DNA of 64,000 nucleotides from Vicugna vicugna (lineage: Eukaryota), in the NCBI GenBank assembly GCA_013265495.1, contig MU058451.1, positions 1,402,167 through 1,466,166 on the forward strand, given 5' to 3'. This document shows positions 22,601-34,711 of this stretch, piece by piece. The translations under genes and the position numbers were made by a program. The stretch's first letter is position 1; every line of letters starts with the position of its first letter. Under the pieces are notes generated by a model that was given only the letters and a program-made list of their open reading frames with translations, had not been told where the DNA came from and did not search any database.

Positions 22601-25589
22601 CGAGAGGGAAGGCTACTGAGAAGGGTGTCCTTAACTATTTGTCTCTATGATGATGACAAGTTAATAGTACCTAATACTTTTGTGAAACAGTTCCTAGGCG
22701 AATAAAAATAAAATGTATTTATTTTCTTTCTTTTATTCTTATCTCCCTGATGCTTTCACATACAAACACAAGACTCCCATTGCTACCAACTAGCAATAGT
22801 CATTTTAGCATACATTCAATCAATAAATTCTGTAATGAACCCAGTTAATTTAAGTTCACTTTTTCGGCAAGGACATGGTGAGCACCTACTGTGGACTAGG
22901 CATGTGATTCAATTTGTCGATGTCATTCTCTCAGAATAACAGGATTCTCCTGTTTCTTTTATATCCTGGCTGTGAACTATAGACTGTGAAATTGACTTTT
23001 TTACTGCCTCTTGCTTTATCCATAAACACACAACAAAGTAATCCAGATGTCACACAAAATAGTATTTTTCCTCTCTCTCCCTCTCCCCTCACCTTCTCTC
23101 TCCCTTCCCTTGTGCACGTGCACACGCACATGCACATGCACACTACACACACAAAGTGAAATAAAAGTAGAAAAACTACCTATAAAACCAGTAAGTGTCA
23201 AATGAAAATAATTTTTAAGCTCACACCACTTCCTAGTGTGAGACAAGATGTACTAGAGAATGGTCATCAATTAGTTTTTTCTCCACTGGTTTTGCTCAAC
23301 ATCCAGAGGCATGTTCAGATACTAATTTGAGATTCTGAGACTGTGAGGAAGTTCTTCTCTCAAAAGATTCCACCTCTGCATCCAATACGTGGAAGGTATC
23401 GTTTTCAAAAATATTTCCTCAATTTACTGTGTAGAGTTCAGAATTTGCTGGTTGAATATTAGAGGTAGTGAGATTGCCAAGGTTGTCCTATTTCCTGTCT
23501 GTAACCTTGTTTCCTCTTTGTACATAAGCAGACAGAGCCTGCCTGGGACTTGGGACTCCCAGTCACGTGGGGGAGGGTGGGAACACTGACAGCTGCCAGC
23601 ATGGCTGTGGTGGGGGATGGCTGGATGCAGGTGCACAGGCTGCCTCAATTTGACAGGCTTTAAGGCTTACATTATTTCTAGTGATATCCAATATCCTAGC
23701 CAATGAGGTGCTTAAAAACAACAGAAGCAACACAGTTACAGATACTCACCAGGGCATCCAGTTCCATAATGTTCACTCAGATCTACATGGATAAAACATC
23801 TGCAGTGTGTTATTTTTGTGATCTGCATGGTCCTGGCGTCACAGCAGCTTAGACATTAAATCATGCACCTGACATTCTGATGCTTTGTTATCTGCATGAT
23901 TTTCTTTTTGCCTGTACCCTGTATCCTATATAAAGATTCGAATTCTGAAGTTTACATAACAGTTTCTTGCCAGAGCAGTACAGGGATCAGTAGTAACTGC
24001 TGGGTGAGTTATTCTTCTGGTAGAATGTTCTTGTAGAATTTTGAAGCTATATAATGAATGTTAGTGTGCCTCTGATTTTGAGATTTTAGTCTCGTTGTCT
24101 GATGACCTGGACTTAGTCTCATTCCACCGCTAACTAGACCAGACCATGGCTGAGTCACTTAACTTTTCTAAATCTCCATTTTCTTGGCTATAAATTGAAA
24201 TGAATAATCCCTGCCTGGCAGTCTCACAAGGTGGTTTTGAGACTGAAATGATAAGAATGCACATGAAAGTAATTTGGAAATGGCTGTTAGAGGCAGATAA
24301 GAGCTCAAGGTGGCCTCTCGCCCCTGTAGGGTTCTCACCTAGAGAGAGAAGAATCACTAGCCAAATTGGGGTTCATAGTATCACCATTTTAGGCAGAGAA
24401 GTAGTGGATAAAATTCAAGGCTCTGGGAAATCTAATTTGGAGAACATGGCTCAGACCTTAAAATTCAAGGTTCTGGGAAGTCTACATAAGGGAATATGGC
24501 TTAGACCTGAGGTCAAAATTGCATCCCCTTCCTCCCAGCCCAAAGAAGAACCTTTGTATTTGCAAAAAGAGCCAAATCTGCTGTGTGGCCATCTGGTCTA
24601 CTTACCGCCAGTCCAAGGACGGCTTCCGCAGGGTGGGAGGAGTTGGAACAGGAGAAGATGGCAGGTGTCCCCACCAGCTGGGGCAGGCTTTTCTGCAGCG
24701 GGTCAGTGCTCAGGACAGGCAGTGCTGGGCTCACAGCAGAGGAGGAGAGGGCTCTCACTGCCTGAGCCCAGGTCCGTCCAAGAGAACTAGATGTCCTGCT
24801 GCAGGCGAGCAGTGGACTGTCATCTCATCAAGCAGGGAAACTGGCGCTAGTGGAAGCCAGGCTCCCACCAAACAGATTGGCACCCCTCCTTCCTGCAGGG
24901 AGGAGCAAGTACGCCGGGAAGGGAGTGTCTGCTTCCTCCCCTCCAGAGGGAGGGAGAGATTGGAAGTTTGCCCCTTACTGATTTACAAAGGAGAGCAGGA
25001 GTCCCCTCCTGTCGCCTGGTCATGGCAGTGAGGCACATAAAGGGATAAGGGTTCACCTTTCTAGGGTGTGACTCACTGAAAGTCTGAGGAAGTTGTTTAT
25101 TAAGGTCCATTAGAGGTGACTTAAACAGTCCTCTCGTTTTACAGGAAGAAGGGGCCCAGCACAGGTGGGGCACTGGTTCAAGTAGCTGGTGTCGGTTATC
25201 TAGTTCTCAGAAGGAAGATTAGGTCCAGAAAACAGGACACTCACCAGGGAGGGGAGGACTCTGATGGGGTCCTGGGCTGCTGCAGAGACCAGTAAGGGAG
25301 CAGGGGAGCATGTCCTCAGACAGGAGAGGGGAGAGCAAGATGGACGTGGAGGGCATGACGATCATTTTGTTTAAAGCCGTTTCCTTCGAAGAGTAAATTA
25401 TAGCTGTGATTCAGATACTCAAGTGGAAATGATTTTAATGATGTAAAGAAGGGACAGGTATTTCCTTCTCACTGCCTTTCAGAAGCACATTTTCTTCTCT
25501 CTAGTCTTTACCCTCCAGGCATTCTGATGGAAAAAATGCACGAGGTTCCTTTGAGCACCGCCACTCTCAGTCCTCGTGGCAAGATAGGG

Positions 25590-25980
25590 CTGACCTACTC
25601 CCAAGGCTCGTGGGTGGTCTGCTGACTCAGACCTGGCCAGTAAGAACATTGCATTTCCTGGACCACAGGAACTGGTTCAGGGAAGGGTGTGTGCCCCAAT
25701 CCAGGCAAATGACACCCTTTTCTGGGCCTCTTCGAAGTGAAAATTCCCTTTGCTGGAGAGTTTGGTGCTGACACATTATGATATAACCTAAATATAAAGC
25801 ATCTTGTCACCATGAAGAGGGAGTTGCCTTGAGAATAAAGCCAGCCTAGAGGAAAATGAGCTGAAAGATGGAGAGAAACATATTTTTTAATGATATTTTT
25901 GAGCAGCTTAATCCCGCATGTCCAAGGTCAGCATCCCAATACAGTTTTCAGTTGCATGTACCAATACGTTCCATAGTTTC
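25590..25980. mobile_element. Old MLT1 (MaLR) LTR
   Basis: GACTCAGACCTGGCCAGTAAGAACATTGCATTTCCTGGACCACAGGAACTGGTTCAGGG...GATATTTTTGAGCAGCTTAATCC...TTTTCAGTTGCATG. Confidence 0.6.
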
Positions 25981-25984
25981 CTTT

Positions 25985-26200
25985 ATTTTATTTTATTTTT
26001 ATTGAAGTTTAGTTGATTTACAATGTTGTGTTTGTTTTTGGTGTACAGCATAGTGACTCAGTTATGAATATATTTATATATTTTTATTCATATTCTTTTT
26101 CATTATAGGTTATTACAAGATATTGAATGTAATTCCCTGTGCTTTACATTAGGACCTTGTTATTTATCTATTTTATATATAGAAGTTTGTGTCTGTGTTT
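25985..26200 (-). mobile_element. Short cetartiodactyl-type L1 3' end
   Basis: T-rich tail followed by TTGAAGTTTAGTTGATTTACAATG...TAGGTTATTACAAGATATTGAAT. Confidence 0.85.
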
Positions 26201-26524
26201 TTTTTAAAGCCGTTTAATTAAGGTTTCCATCACTTGAAATCAAAAGAATTCTAATACACTTTCTCTTTCTCTTTGGGACCTTTCAAACATGTGACCTGTG
26301 AGTAACATTTTTCTTTTCTCCTCTTCTTCCGTTCTCCTCTTTAGTCAACCAGGTATATTCTAACTTGAATAATAACACAAAAAATCATATCCCATTTATC
26401 AAAGATCAAGAGAATGTTTTAGTTTTCAACAATATTAGGCTTTTTTTTTTCTTGCCCGGGGCTGTCTTAGGTTTACGGTCTGGTCGTATCACAGAAGAAA
26501 TTGTTTTTGCAGTTTTTTATTATT

Positions 26525-27040
26525 ATTAAATAATTATTGCAGATCTATCTACCCCCAAACTTTGTGCTCACAGCAGCAATCATTTTATCATGTTGTGACG
26601 TGGTCTGTCGGGAATTTGGCTCGGGAGCAGTTGATGTTTTTTCTTCTCCATATGGCATCGGCGAGGGTTACTTGGAGATGTTCAGCTGATGGCTGGCCTG
26701 GTCTGGACAGCCCAGGATGGCTTATGCCTGGCGTCTCAGTGAGGATGACTAGAAGGCTGGGTGCAACTGGGGCCCCTTCCCATTTAGTCGTGGAGCCTCT
26801 TTACGTGCTCTCTCATGGCAGCTCAGGACTTCGTGAGCAACCATTCCAAAAAGCCTTAGGTGTAAGCTGCAAGACTTAAAGCTTCCTAGACTCGTAAGTC
26901 CGAAGATGTCATTTTTACCTCATTCTAAGAGTCAAGCAAGTTACTAAGGCTGACCCAGATTCAAGGGGGAAAGACAGTTAGAGTCCATCCTTCAGTGAGA
27001 AGAGTGGCAAAGTATTTGCAGCCATCTGTAATCTACCACG
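26525..27040. mobile_element. Old MLT1 (MaLR) LTR
   Basis: CCCCAAACTTTGTGCTCACAGCAGCAATCATTTTAT...CAAGTTACTAAGGCTGACCCAGATTCAAGGGG...TTTGCAGCCATCTGTAATCTACCAC. Confidence 0.7.
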
Positions 27041-28298
27041 GCGTGGGACAGCCGTGGGAAGAGCTTGAGCTTTAGGCTTGGATCAGCCTGTCTCAGGGGG
27101 CTTCATCCCTCCTTAGCTGTGATTACTCAGCCTCAATTTGTAAAATAGGGGATAATAAAATCTCACTCAAAGACTTTTGAGAATCAAGTGAAGTACCCCA
27201 AGACAATGCCCAAGAGTAGTAGTTACTCAGTAAGTTATAGTTGGATTTCTTTAAAGAGATTTATCTTTTGATGAGATAAATTCTCTTTCAGCAAATAATA
27301 GAATCTCTCTCAATTGAGATGGATTATTAAGTGTGCTGGTTCTGTCTCCATGTGTTAACTCTGGCTGTGTGGAGGCATTTGGGGTGGTCCAAAGCTAATT
27401 CATGGACTCTAGCTGCCTCTTCTTGGTTTCAGAGTTCACCTTATTGCAGGTTGTTAACGATGATATCAGTCTGCCTGGGGCCAGAATCATTTATTTTGTA
27501 GAGGAATGGTGTCATCGAAAGATAAAAGTTCAGCATCTTTCTGCAAGACTGCAGTCCTTTCAGCGCAGGATTTCTCAGTTCGCCATTGCCCTTGCCACAA
27601 CCTAGACTCAGAGCAGGGCTGGATATAGTTTAGCTATGGACTGCCATTGAAGGGCTTCAGAGAATCCAGTTGAGGACTCAACAGTTCATCTGTATAGAAA
27701 TTTCATCGGTGACATCTGGGGTCCCTAGTCAGCCTCAGAATTCCCTTGGTATTGACGTTGGTGCAGAGGGGTTGTCCTACATTTGTGAAGTCCCTTCCTC
27801 TTGAGCCATAGTCCCTTCTCCCTTTGTGTCATGATAATCATAATGAATTGGCTGTATGTGCTGGCTGCCTGGGGTGGAAATGAATTTTATGGCCCTAGTG
27901 TAATGAGAAAAAAGAAGAGACATGCATAATACTCATACTTGGAATTACTAAACTCTGGGAGCCATTATTATTACACCCATAGCCAAGTCTGTGGGTTTGC
28001 ATTTGTACATGAATTCCTAAGTGCTACTGCTGAAAGTTATGTGCAAGGAGGTATAGTTACTGAGTTATGAGTCTTCTGTACTTGAAGGCTTAATATTTTG
28101 TTCAGTGCTTTGCATAAAATTGCTCAGATGTCATGAGTAGTATATGGGTCTTGCCATAATTTTTCAGTTGTTTGAGAAAAATGGTACCCTTTAAAGGCTT
28201 CTAGTTTAAAGTTTTGTAGAAATGTCATTGTTTTATTTCCACTGATCGTCTCTTAAGCTATTTGTGTTTTTACTTCTTTAAAGCATCTCATGTTGCAG

Positions 28299-28422
28299 TA
28301 TTGAGGCAATCTGGAATGTGGGTTTGCAGATTCTGTTCTGAGTAGCAGGCCAGCTGGGAGCCCTGCACAGATATCACACACCATTGCTGTGGGAAAATAG
28401 AAACCTCTTTCACCGCTAATGA
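28299..28422 (+). pseudogene. Relic exon of a BTBD8-like gene: start of second BTB domain
   Basis: Acceptor TGTTGCAG| at 28297-28298. Reads EPCTDIT/IAVGK*/FTAN across a CA slippage, versus BTBD8 KPCCPDIDIFVDGKRFKAH. Confidence 0.5.
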
Positions 28423-29339
28423 CCCCTATAAAAGCAATCAATTTTTTAAAAAGATACATATTCTTAATAGCAGCTATTGAAAAAATCTCTATTTTTTATG
28501 AAGATATTTCAACTCAAATATCTGGAAGAAATGAAAGAATGAAAGATGATAAAATATCATAATTTTTAAAATTGATGATAGTGTCAATAAGGTCATCTAT
28601 CTTATTTCAAATTTTAAGATCAATTTAGGTAAGGAGATAACTTTAAGAAGGTATATATTAGGTTGAATATTACAGTCACCCACTGATATATTGCCACATT
28701 ATTTTTCTGATAATTCAGGCATCAAACTCAATTTCTTGGAGGGAAAAAAACCTAGGCTTTGCTCTACTCATTGTTCTACCTTATTAAGCGCTTCATTGTC
28801 ACTGTCGGGCCATGTGAGCTGTGTTCACTCCACTAAACTATGGCCGACGTAAGACCTATTCTTACGTGGAAGTGTCCATTGGATAATGTTTCTACAATGC
28901 TTTGAACTCCCCCAAAGTATGTTGTTCCCCAGATTCAACATGTATTAATAAGTCTCATAAAATACACACAAAATTTTCCCTTTATAATTACTTTAAAATA
29001 ACACAATTTTTGAACATATGAGTCCTGTTAACTAAAATACCTACTCTCCTTCCACTTTATCAGTATTCCCACTACCTACCTATTTCCTCTGCTAGGTTAC
29101 ATTTTATCACACAGACAATGTAAGTATTTCTACACTAATGGGAAAACAGTCACACTGAACCAATTAAAGCAAGCAAAAGGAAGAATTAGCTGAGAAAATC
29201 TGCGGTGTTTTATGGATGGAATTTCATATACAATATCGAACCTCACATTATCATAACTCACAGACTTCTTACTTTCTTAATGAATGACAATAGCAAATCT
29301 GGAAAACATCTGCCTTGAAAAAGAACACTGACTGCTCTC

Positions 29340-29435
29340 TGCTTAAAAAATGTTGCTCGGCTATTACTGTATAGCAGCCATGCGTATCATATTGTGGTAT
29401 GAGATGTCTTGGTTGCAAGAAATTAACATTCTCAT
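29340..29435 (+). pseudogene. Relic exon of a BTBD8-like gene: BTB core (AAMxxxxWxE motif)
   Basis: VAR/YCIAAMRIILWYEMSWLQEINIL versus BTBD8 [34 protein letters not shown] at 29374-29382 and TGG at 29395-29397. Confidence 0.6.
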
Positions 29436-30028
29436 GTTTGATTTCAAATTGCCTAGAAAAGAATCCCAGCATAATTCAAATCATTGTAAAGCCACAGTTG
29501 CAATAAAGAACGTGATTTACTGTTCAGCAAATCTTCAACACTGCTGCTCAATTCCCAGCAATCACTATGACTTGTATGAAAGAAACTTAGCAAACTGTTG
29601 CGTGATTTTGTGCCATCTAAAAAAAAAAATCTACAATATAAAAAGAAAATCTAAGAATAACCTCTTAGATTTAGTTATACATATGTATATAGTTAACCAT
29701 TGCAACTGGTAAGCATGTTTTGGCTACACAAGTAAAGTATATTCTATAAGTCTCATTATCACCTCGAGAGCGAGAGCAGCTGTCATCAGAATAAGTCTAT
29801 TAACATTCCCACCTGTGTTTCTATAATGGACAAGCGTGTTCTTCCTTTCTTCTCATTACCAATTGATAGGGGTTTGGAAGATGAAAGAATGACACTTTTA
29901 GAAGAAGAAACAAAAAGCAGTTCTGGTATCATTTGTGTGTTGCAGGACCTCCTAATTTTTTGTTAATTGTCAAAAAACTCTGAAAGTTAAAAGTATCTGT
30001 TCATTCATTTTTTTATTTCTCCTGAAAG

Positions 30029-30093
30029 TGGGAAGTAAGATCACAGTAAAGCACTTTCTCTCTCTGGATACATGTTCTCATTGTACTAATACT
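30029..30093 (+). pseudogene. Possible relic exon of the BTBD8-like gene (HF...TN segment)
   Basis: Polypyrimidine acceptor TTTTATTTCTCCTGAAAG|. KITVKHFLSLDTCSHCTNT versus [21 protein letters not shown]; weak match. Confidence 0.3.
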
Positions 30094-30812
30094 GTATTAT
30101 TAATTTCTAAACCGTTGCAAAAGCGTAGAGTTTGGCAGAATGCTAATTATTTCTTTCTTGGCTTAACAAATACATTTGGTCATGGAAAAGAATTCATTTC
30201 TGGACTATCTGGGATATTTGTCATCATCTTTTTTTTTCAGTAGTGATGCATTATTATTACAAAGTGTGAAAATTTTCATTGAAGAGTGACTTTATCCAAG
30301 ACATTATCTAATGGAACAGCTGGTACCCTTGTTCAGACTGACCCTGAACCATAGAATAGTTCGCAATTCTTGTAGACCTTTGATTTGTCTTTGTTATAAA
30401 CAGAGAAGGGTCTGACTCACTTATATTAACTATTTAGCACATCATCTATTGTTATGTTTGATGAAATATTTCCCATGAACTGAAGGTAGAGTTCTTCCAT
30501 ATACTGAGTTTTAAATTACATAGTTGATTTAATCTCAAACATTCTTGACTAACAAAAATACTCTCAAATTGCACCCTCAAATTCATAACTTTTATGTATC
30601 TGTATATATACAGATATAAATATATATCTGTTTTTAGATAATTCTACTCTTTAGCCCAATGCATAAGCAGATTTGAATTTTTAATCTTATTAGTTCCAGA
30701 AGACAAACCTAGCAGTGTATAAAGAAGGCTGAGCCAAGTTTGATGGTAGTTTGTGAATATTTCTGACTCTGAACAGAATCATATACCGTTTACAGTTGTC
30801 TTTTGCATGCAG

Positions 30813-30887
30813 GTGCATTGTGGGAAAGCAACCCACCTCTGAAGAAGTCACAGGAATCCTTTGCTTCAAGTCTTTTAGAATCACGTA
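30813..30887 (+). pseudogene. Relic exon of a BTBD8-like gene (WIV...QSL exon, internally deleted)
   Basis: Acceptor TCTTTTGCATGCAG| and donor |GTAAG at 30888. G-TGC-ATT-GTG (CIV vs WIV), then NPPLKKSQESFASSLLES versus NIPPEIQKSCLNMLIQSL. Confidence 0.5.
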
Positions 30888-32080
30888 GTAAGAAATTAAC
30901 AATACTGTATTTGTTTTCTTTTTAATGTTTCTCATATTTCTTATTCTCATTCTGTAGGAATGCATTCTAATCCAAGGACACATTCTCATACATTCATTAA
31001 TCCTTGTGCTCCAAAACGATTCACATGAAAACTCAAAATCAGATGGTTTCATGTGTTCCAACTTAGCTTTTGCTAAAACAGGGTCATCCTTGAACTTGTC
31101 ATCTGCTGAGGTATTGAATTCCCTATTTCACTCAATTACATGATCTTAAGAATGTGGCCATTTGCCATTTCTGTCTCAACTTTTGAACACATGTTTTTAC
31201 ATATAACTGTTCAGCCTCAGTTATAAATGACCTGCTGGGAAAAAAAAGTAAATCATTTTAAGGAGCTACCTAAGTAATACATTAAAATGTTATTTCTGTT
31301 TAAAAATGAAGTATTATTAATGTAATTTTTCTGGTGATGACAAGTTTCAGCTCTTTAAAGCATGCTACTGTAATATGTGAGATACAAATTAATTGTTTAA
31401 AGAGTAAAATTTAGTTCCTTTAGTTTTAAGAACTCTCATATATTTAATGAAGTTTTAATCAGGGTGATATTTTGAGAGAAAATCAGTTATTTTTTTCAAA
31501 TTTAAAATAGTATCCTAATGTGGAATAATTTAATTGTAAAAAATTATTTCACATGTGTGTATTGTGTTACTCAGTTTTCTCCTAAAAATGAAGTGGCCAG
31601 ATGTTAGTTTCAGATAATCACAATTAAATGGCTGAGTCAAGGTAAACATAATTTGTCTTCTCTGCTGGACTAAAAGCTCCTTGAGGGCACAGATTGTTTC
31701 CTGTTCATTCCTCAGAGGGAGAGATGATCAGCACAGAGTCTGCCGTAGAGTAGATGCTCATTAGATGTTATTGAACTTACCTGAATCTTTATGTGACCAG
31801 ATATAAAACACCTGTTTTATTTTTATCATATAATCTTCAACTAAAAAATAAAATATAAGCTCATGCTTTGTATTTATACCATAGCTTTCTGTTTTCTTTT
31901 TTTCTTTTTTTTTTTTATTTTTCAAATCATTTCCATGTAGTTGTACCATTTGATCCTTTTGGAGTGATGGGTCTAATAAGTCTTATCAGTCCATTTTTCT
32001 TATTTGAAGTCACACTCCTGATTAATTAATTATGTGGCAGGAACTGAAAATTTGTTTTTTTTTTCTTTAAAAACTTGTAG

Positions 32081-32374
32081 ACAGACATAGAAAACAAACA
32101 TGGTTACTGGGGGGAAAGCGGGTTGGAAGGGATAAATTGGGAGTTTGAGATTTGCAGATAGTAACTACTATATATAAAATAGGTAAACAACAGGTTTCTT
32201 CTGTATAGCACAGGGGACTATATTCAATATCTTGTAGTAACCTATGGTGAAAAGGAATATGAAAACGAATATATGTATGTATATGTATGTCTGAAACAGT
32301 ATGCTGTACACCACAACTGTTGACACAACATTGTAAACTGACTATACTTCAAAAAAAAAAAAGAATTAAGAAAA
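32081..32374 (+). mobile_element. Young 5'-truncated L1 3' end with poly(A) and TSD
   Basis: TSD AAAAACTTGTAG (32069-32080) / AAAACCTTGTAG (32375-32386) at a TT|AAAA endonuclease site; A-rich tail. Confidence 0.9.
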
Positions 32375-32802
32375 AAAACCTTGTAGGCCCTTTACTCTAT
32401 ACTTATTCACTGTTTTATGAGAGGTATGTGGGATGAGTCAAATTGCCTCTTTGTAGAAAGACTTATTATTTCAATTTGGAGATAAAGAGTGCTGAAAAGA
32501 CTCTATCAGTCCTAAAGAAACAACAGGAAAAAAGCTGACAAGCTGGAAATTAATGACCTTTGAACCCAGGAGAGAACTAAAATTGCAGGGCAAAACAACT
32601 ACCCTGAAATATGGGGAGAGACAAGTGCTTGCAAAGAAAGATGTTGCCAAACTCTATATAAACCAAAGGGAAGATTCAGCCTGGAAATTTTCAATGAATT
32701 GCTAAAGGCTGAGTGGGAGTGTGAAGTCCCTGGGGCTGCAGACATGTGTGTGTGTAGAGGGTCACAGTCTTGTGAAGGGTTTTCCTCCAGGAATTCCTCT
32801 AG

Positions 32803-33313
32803 GAATTCACAGGGAAGGTTGGGGAGAGGTCTAAGAAAACTTCCCTTGTAATCCTGGCTGGAACAGGGGAGGGAACAGAAACCACTGCTGAAACACTACC
32901 AGATTTATCCTCTGTATCATCTCAGAGGAACCAAAGCCTTAATATGCAGGGAAAAGGAAACTAAAGTGTAGACTAAGGCCATGGAGGGAGTGGGACTGGG
33001 ACCCTGTAGACCTAGTGTTACCCCTGGAGAAGGAACGGGAATACTAGAAATTCACAGGGAAGGTTGGGGAGAGGTCTAAGAAAACTTCCCTTGTAATCCT
33101 GGCTGGAACAGGGGAGGGAGCAGAAACCACTGCTGAAACACTACCAGATTTATCCTCTGGTTCCTCTCAGAGGTTGGTTGGTTCCTCTCAGAGGAACCAA
33201 AGCCTTAATATGCAGGGAAAAGGAAACTAAAGTGTAGACTAAGGCCATGGAGGGAGTGGGACTGGGACCCTGTAGACCTAGTGTTACCCCTGGAGAAGGA
33301 ACGGGAATACTAG
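32803..33313 (+). repeat. Head-to-tail tandem duplication (245 bp + 266 bp copies)
   Basis: 32803-33047 is repeated nearly identically at 33048-33313, with CTAG at all three junctions. Confidence 0.97.
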
Positions 33314-34711
33314 AGATAATCACAGCCCCAGACCCAGGTTCACAATGCCTCCCTAAATCTGAGGCTTAATCAGAACATCAGACAACACCTCCTTCCCCTA
33401 TTCCTGCAGCTTCATTGCCCTGTCGAGTGTCAAATAAAATTAAGAGTAGAATGCAACTGGGAGAGCTGCAAGAGACAGATTCTCTGTCTGTTGCACAAAG
33501 AACAAAAACCTAAGCTAAGTGTGAGACCCAAACCCAAGCAGGAAGGAAGCTTCAGACCAGCCTAACTCCTGAACAGACTGATACGAACCCTACACTAACG
33601 GCCCAGCAGAAGGAAAGGTGTACCCATCTCCAATTGTAACTATCTCAGTATCTATTGTCATGTACAATACATCCAATTCTAAGCAAAAAACTTTAGCATG
33701 CAAAGGGGGAACTAAAAACACAGTTTAAAATGACAAAGGAGTCAACAGAGTCAGACTCAGATATGACTTAGATGTTGGAACTGTCCGATGGGAAATTTAA
33801 AATAGTTTTGGTTAATAGGTTGAAGGTGCTAACGGAGCAGGGAGACAACGTTCGTGGTCAGGTAGGTACTTTGAGCAGAGACATGGAAACTATGAAAATG
33901 AAAATCTTAGGAAAATAATTCAGAAACAGATGAAGAATGCCTTCAGCAATTTTATCTGTAATTTTATCTGATTTGATGTAGTTGAAGAGAGCCAGTGAGC
34001 TTGAAAATGGGGATAGATCAACAGAAATTACCCAAAGTGAAACACTGGGAGAAAAAAATGCATGATAAAAAAACAGAACAAAGCATCTACGAGCTGCAGA
34101 CAACACCAAATAACCTAACATATGCATAAATGGAATTCCAGGAGAACAAAAAGAGAAGAGGGCAGAAAAAATATTTGAAGAAATAATGAGTAAGAATTTT
34201 TCAAAACCCAGCACCTATGAACATCCTATTCAAACTTCTGAAAGCTGAAGGCAGCCAAAGAAAACGATGTTACATAAGTGAACAAGGATGCAAATTACAG
34301 CAGACTTCTCATTAGAAAGCATGTAAATACGAAGGCAATGAAATGCTGTCTGTAAAGTTCTGAAAAGGAGAAACCTGACATCTCCCCAGTGAAAATATTT
34401 TTCAAAGACAAACAAAAGTTGAGGTAACTCATTACCGCAGGTCTACTCTGCAAGACGTGTTAAAGGAGGTATTTGGGTGGAAGACATATGATATCAGGAA
34501 CTTGCCTTAATACACAGAATGAATAATGAAGATAAAGTGGATTTTTCTAAATTTTTAGTTCTAAAAGCTAACCACGTAAAGGAAAAATTAAAACTGTTTA
34601 TTACTTAGTAAAAGTAATACATTGTTACATTGTATCTGAGGGGGTATAATACTATTTGAAGGTAAAATCATTAATCATTAAAAAGTTAAATATTAAAAAA
34701 TAGTATCAAAC

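Noticed and set aside
24200..25031. Overlapping 196-aa and 170-aa ORFs
   Set aside because: They begin in a MIR-like fragment and show no recognisable protein motif or splice structure.
26530..26600. TTATTGCAG|ATCTATCTAC as a possible BTBD8-like IIYS exon
   Set aside because: It lies in the terminus of an MLT1 LTR, so the similarity is probably chance.
30241..30760. V*KFSLKSDF (vs VAIYILRRDY) and LVPEDKPSSV (vs PVPRTLTSI) as two more relic exons
   Set aside because: The order fits, but the similarity is too short and weak to support by eye; worth including in a formal alignment.
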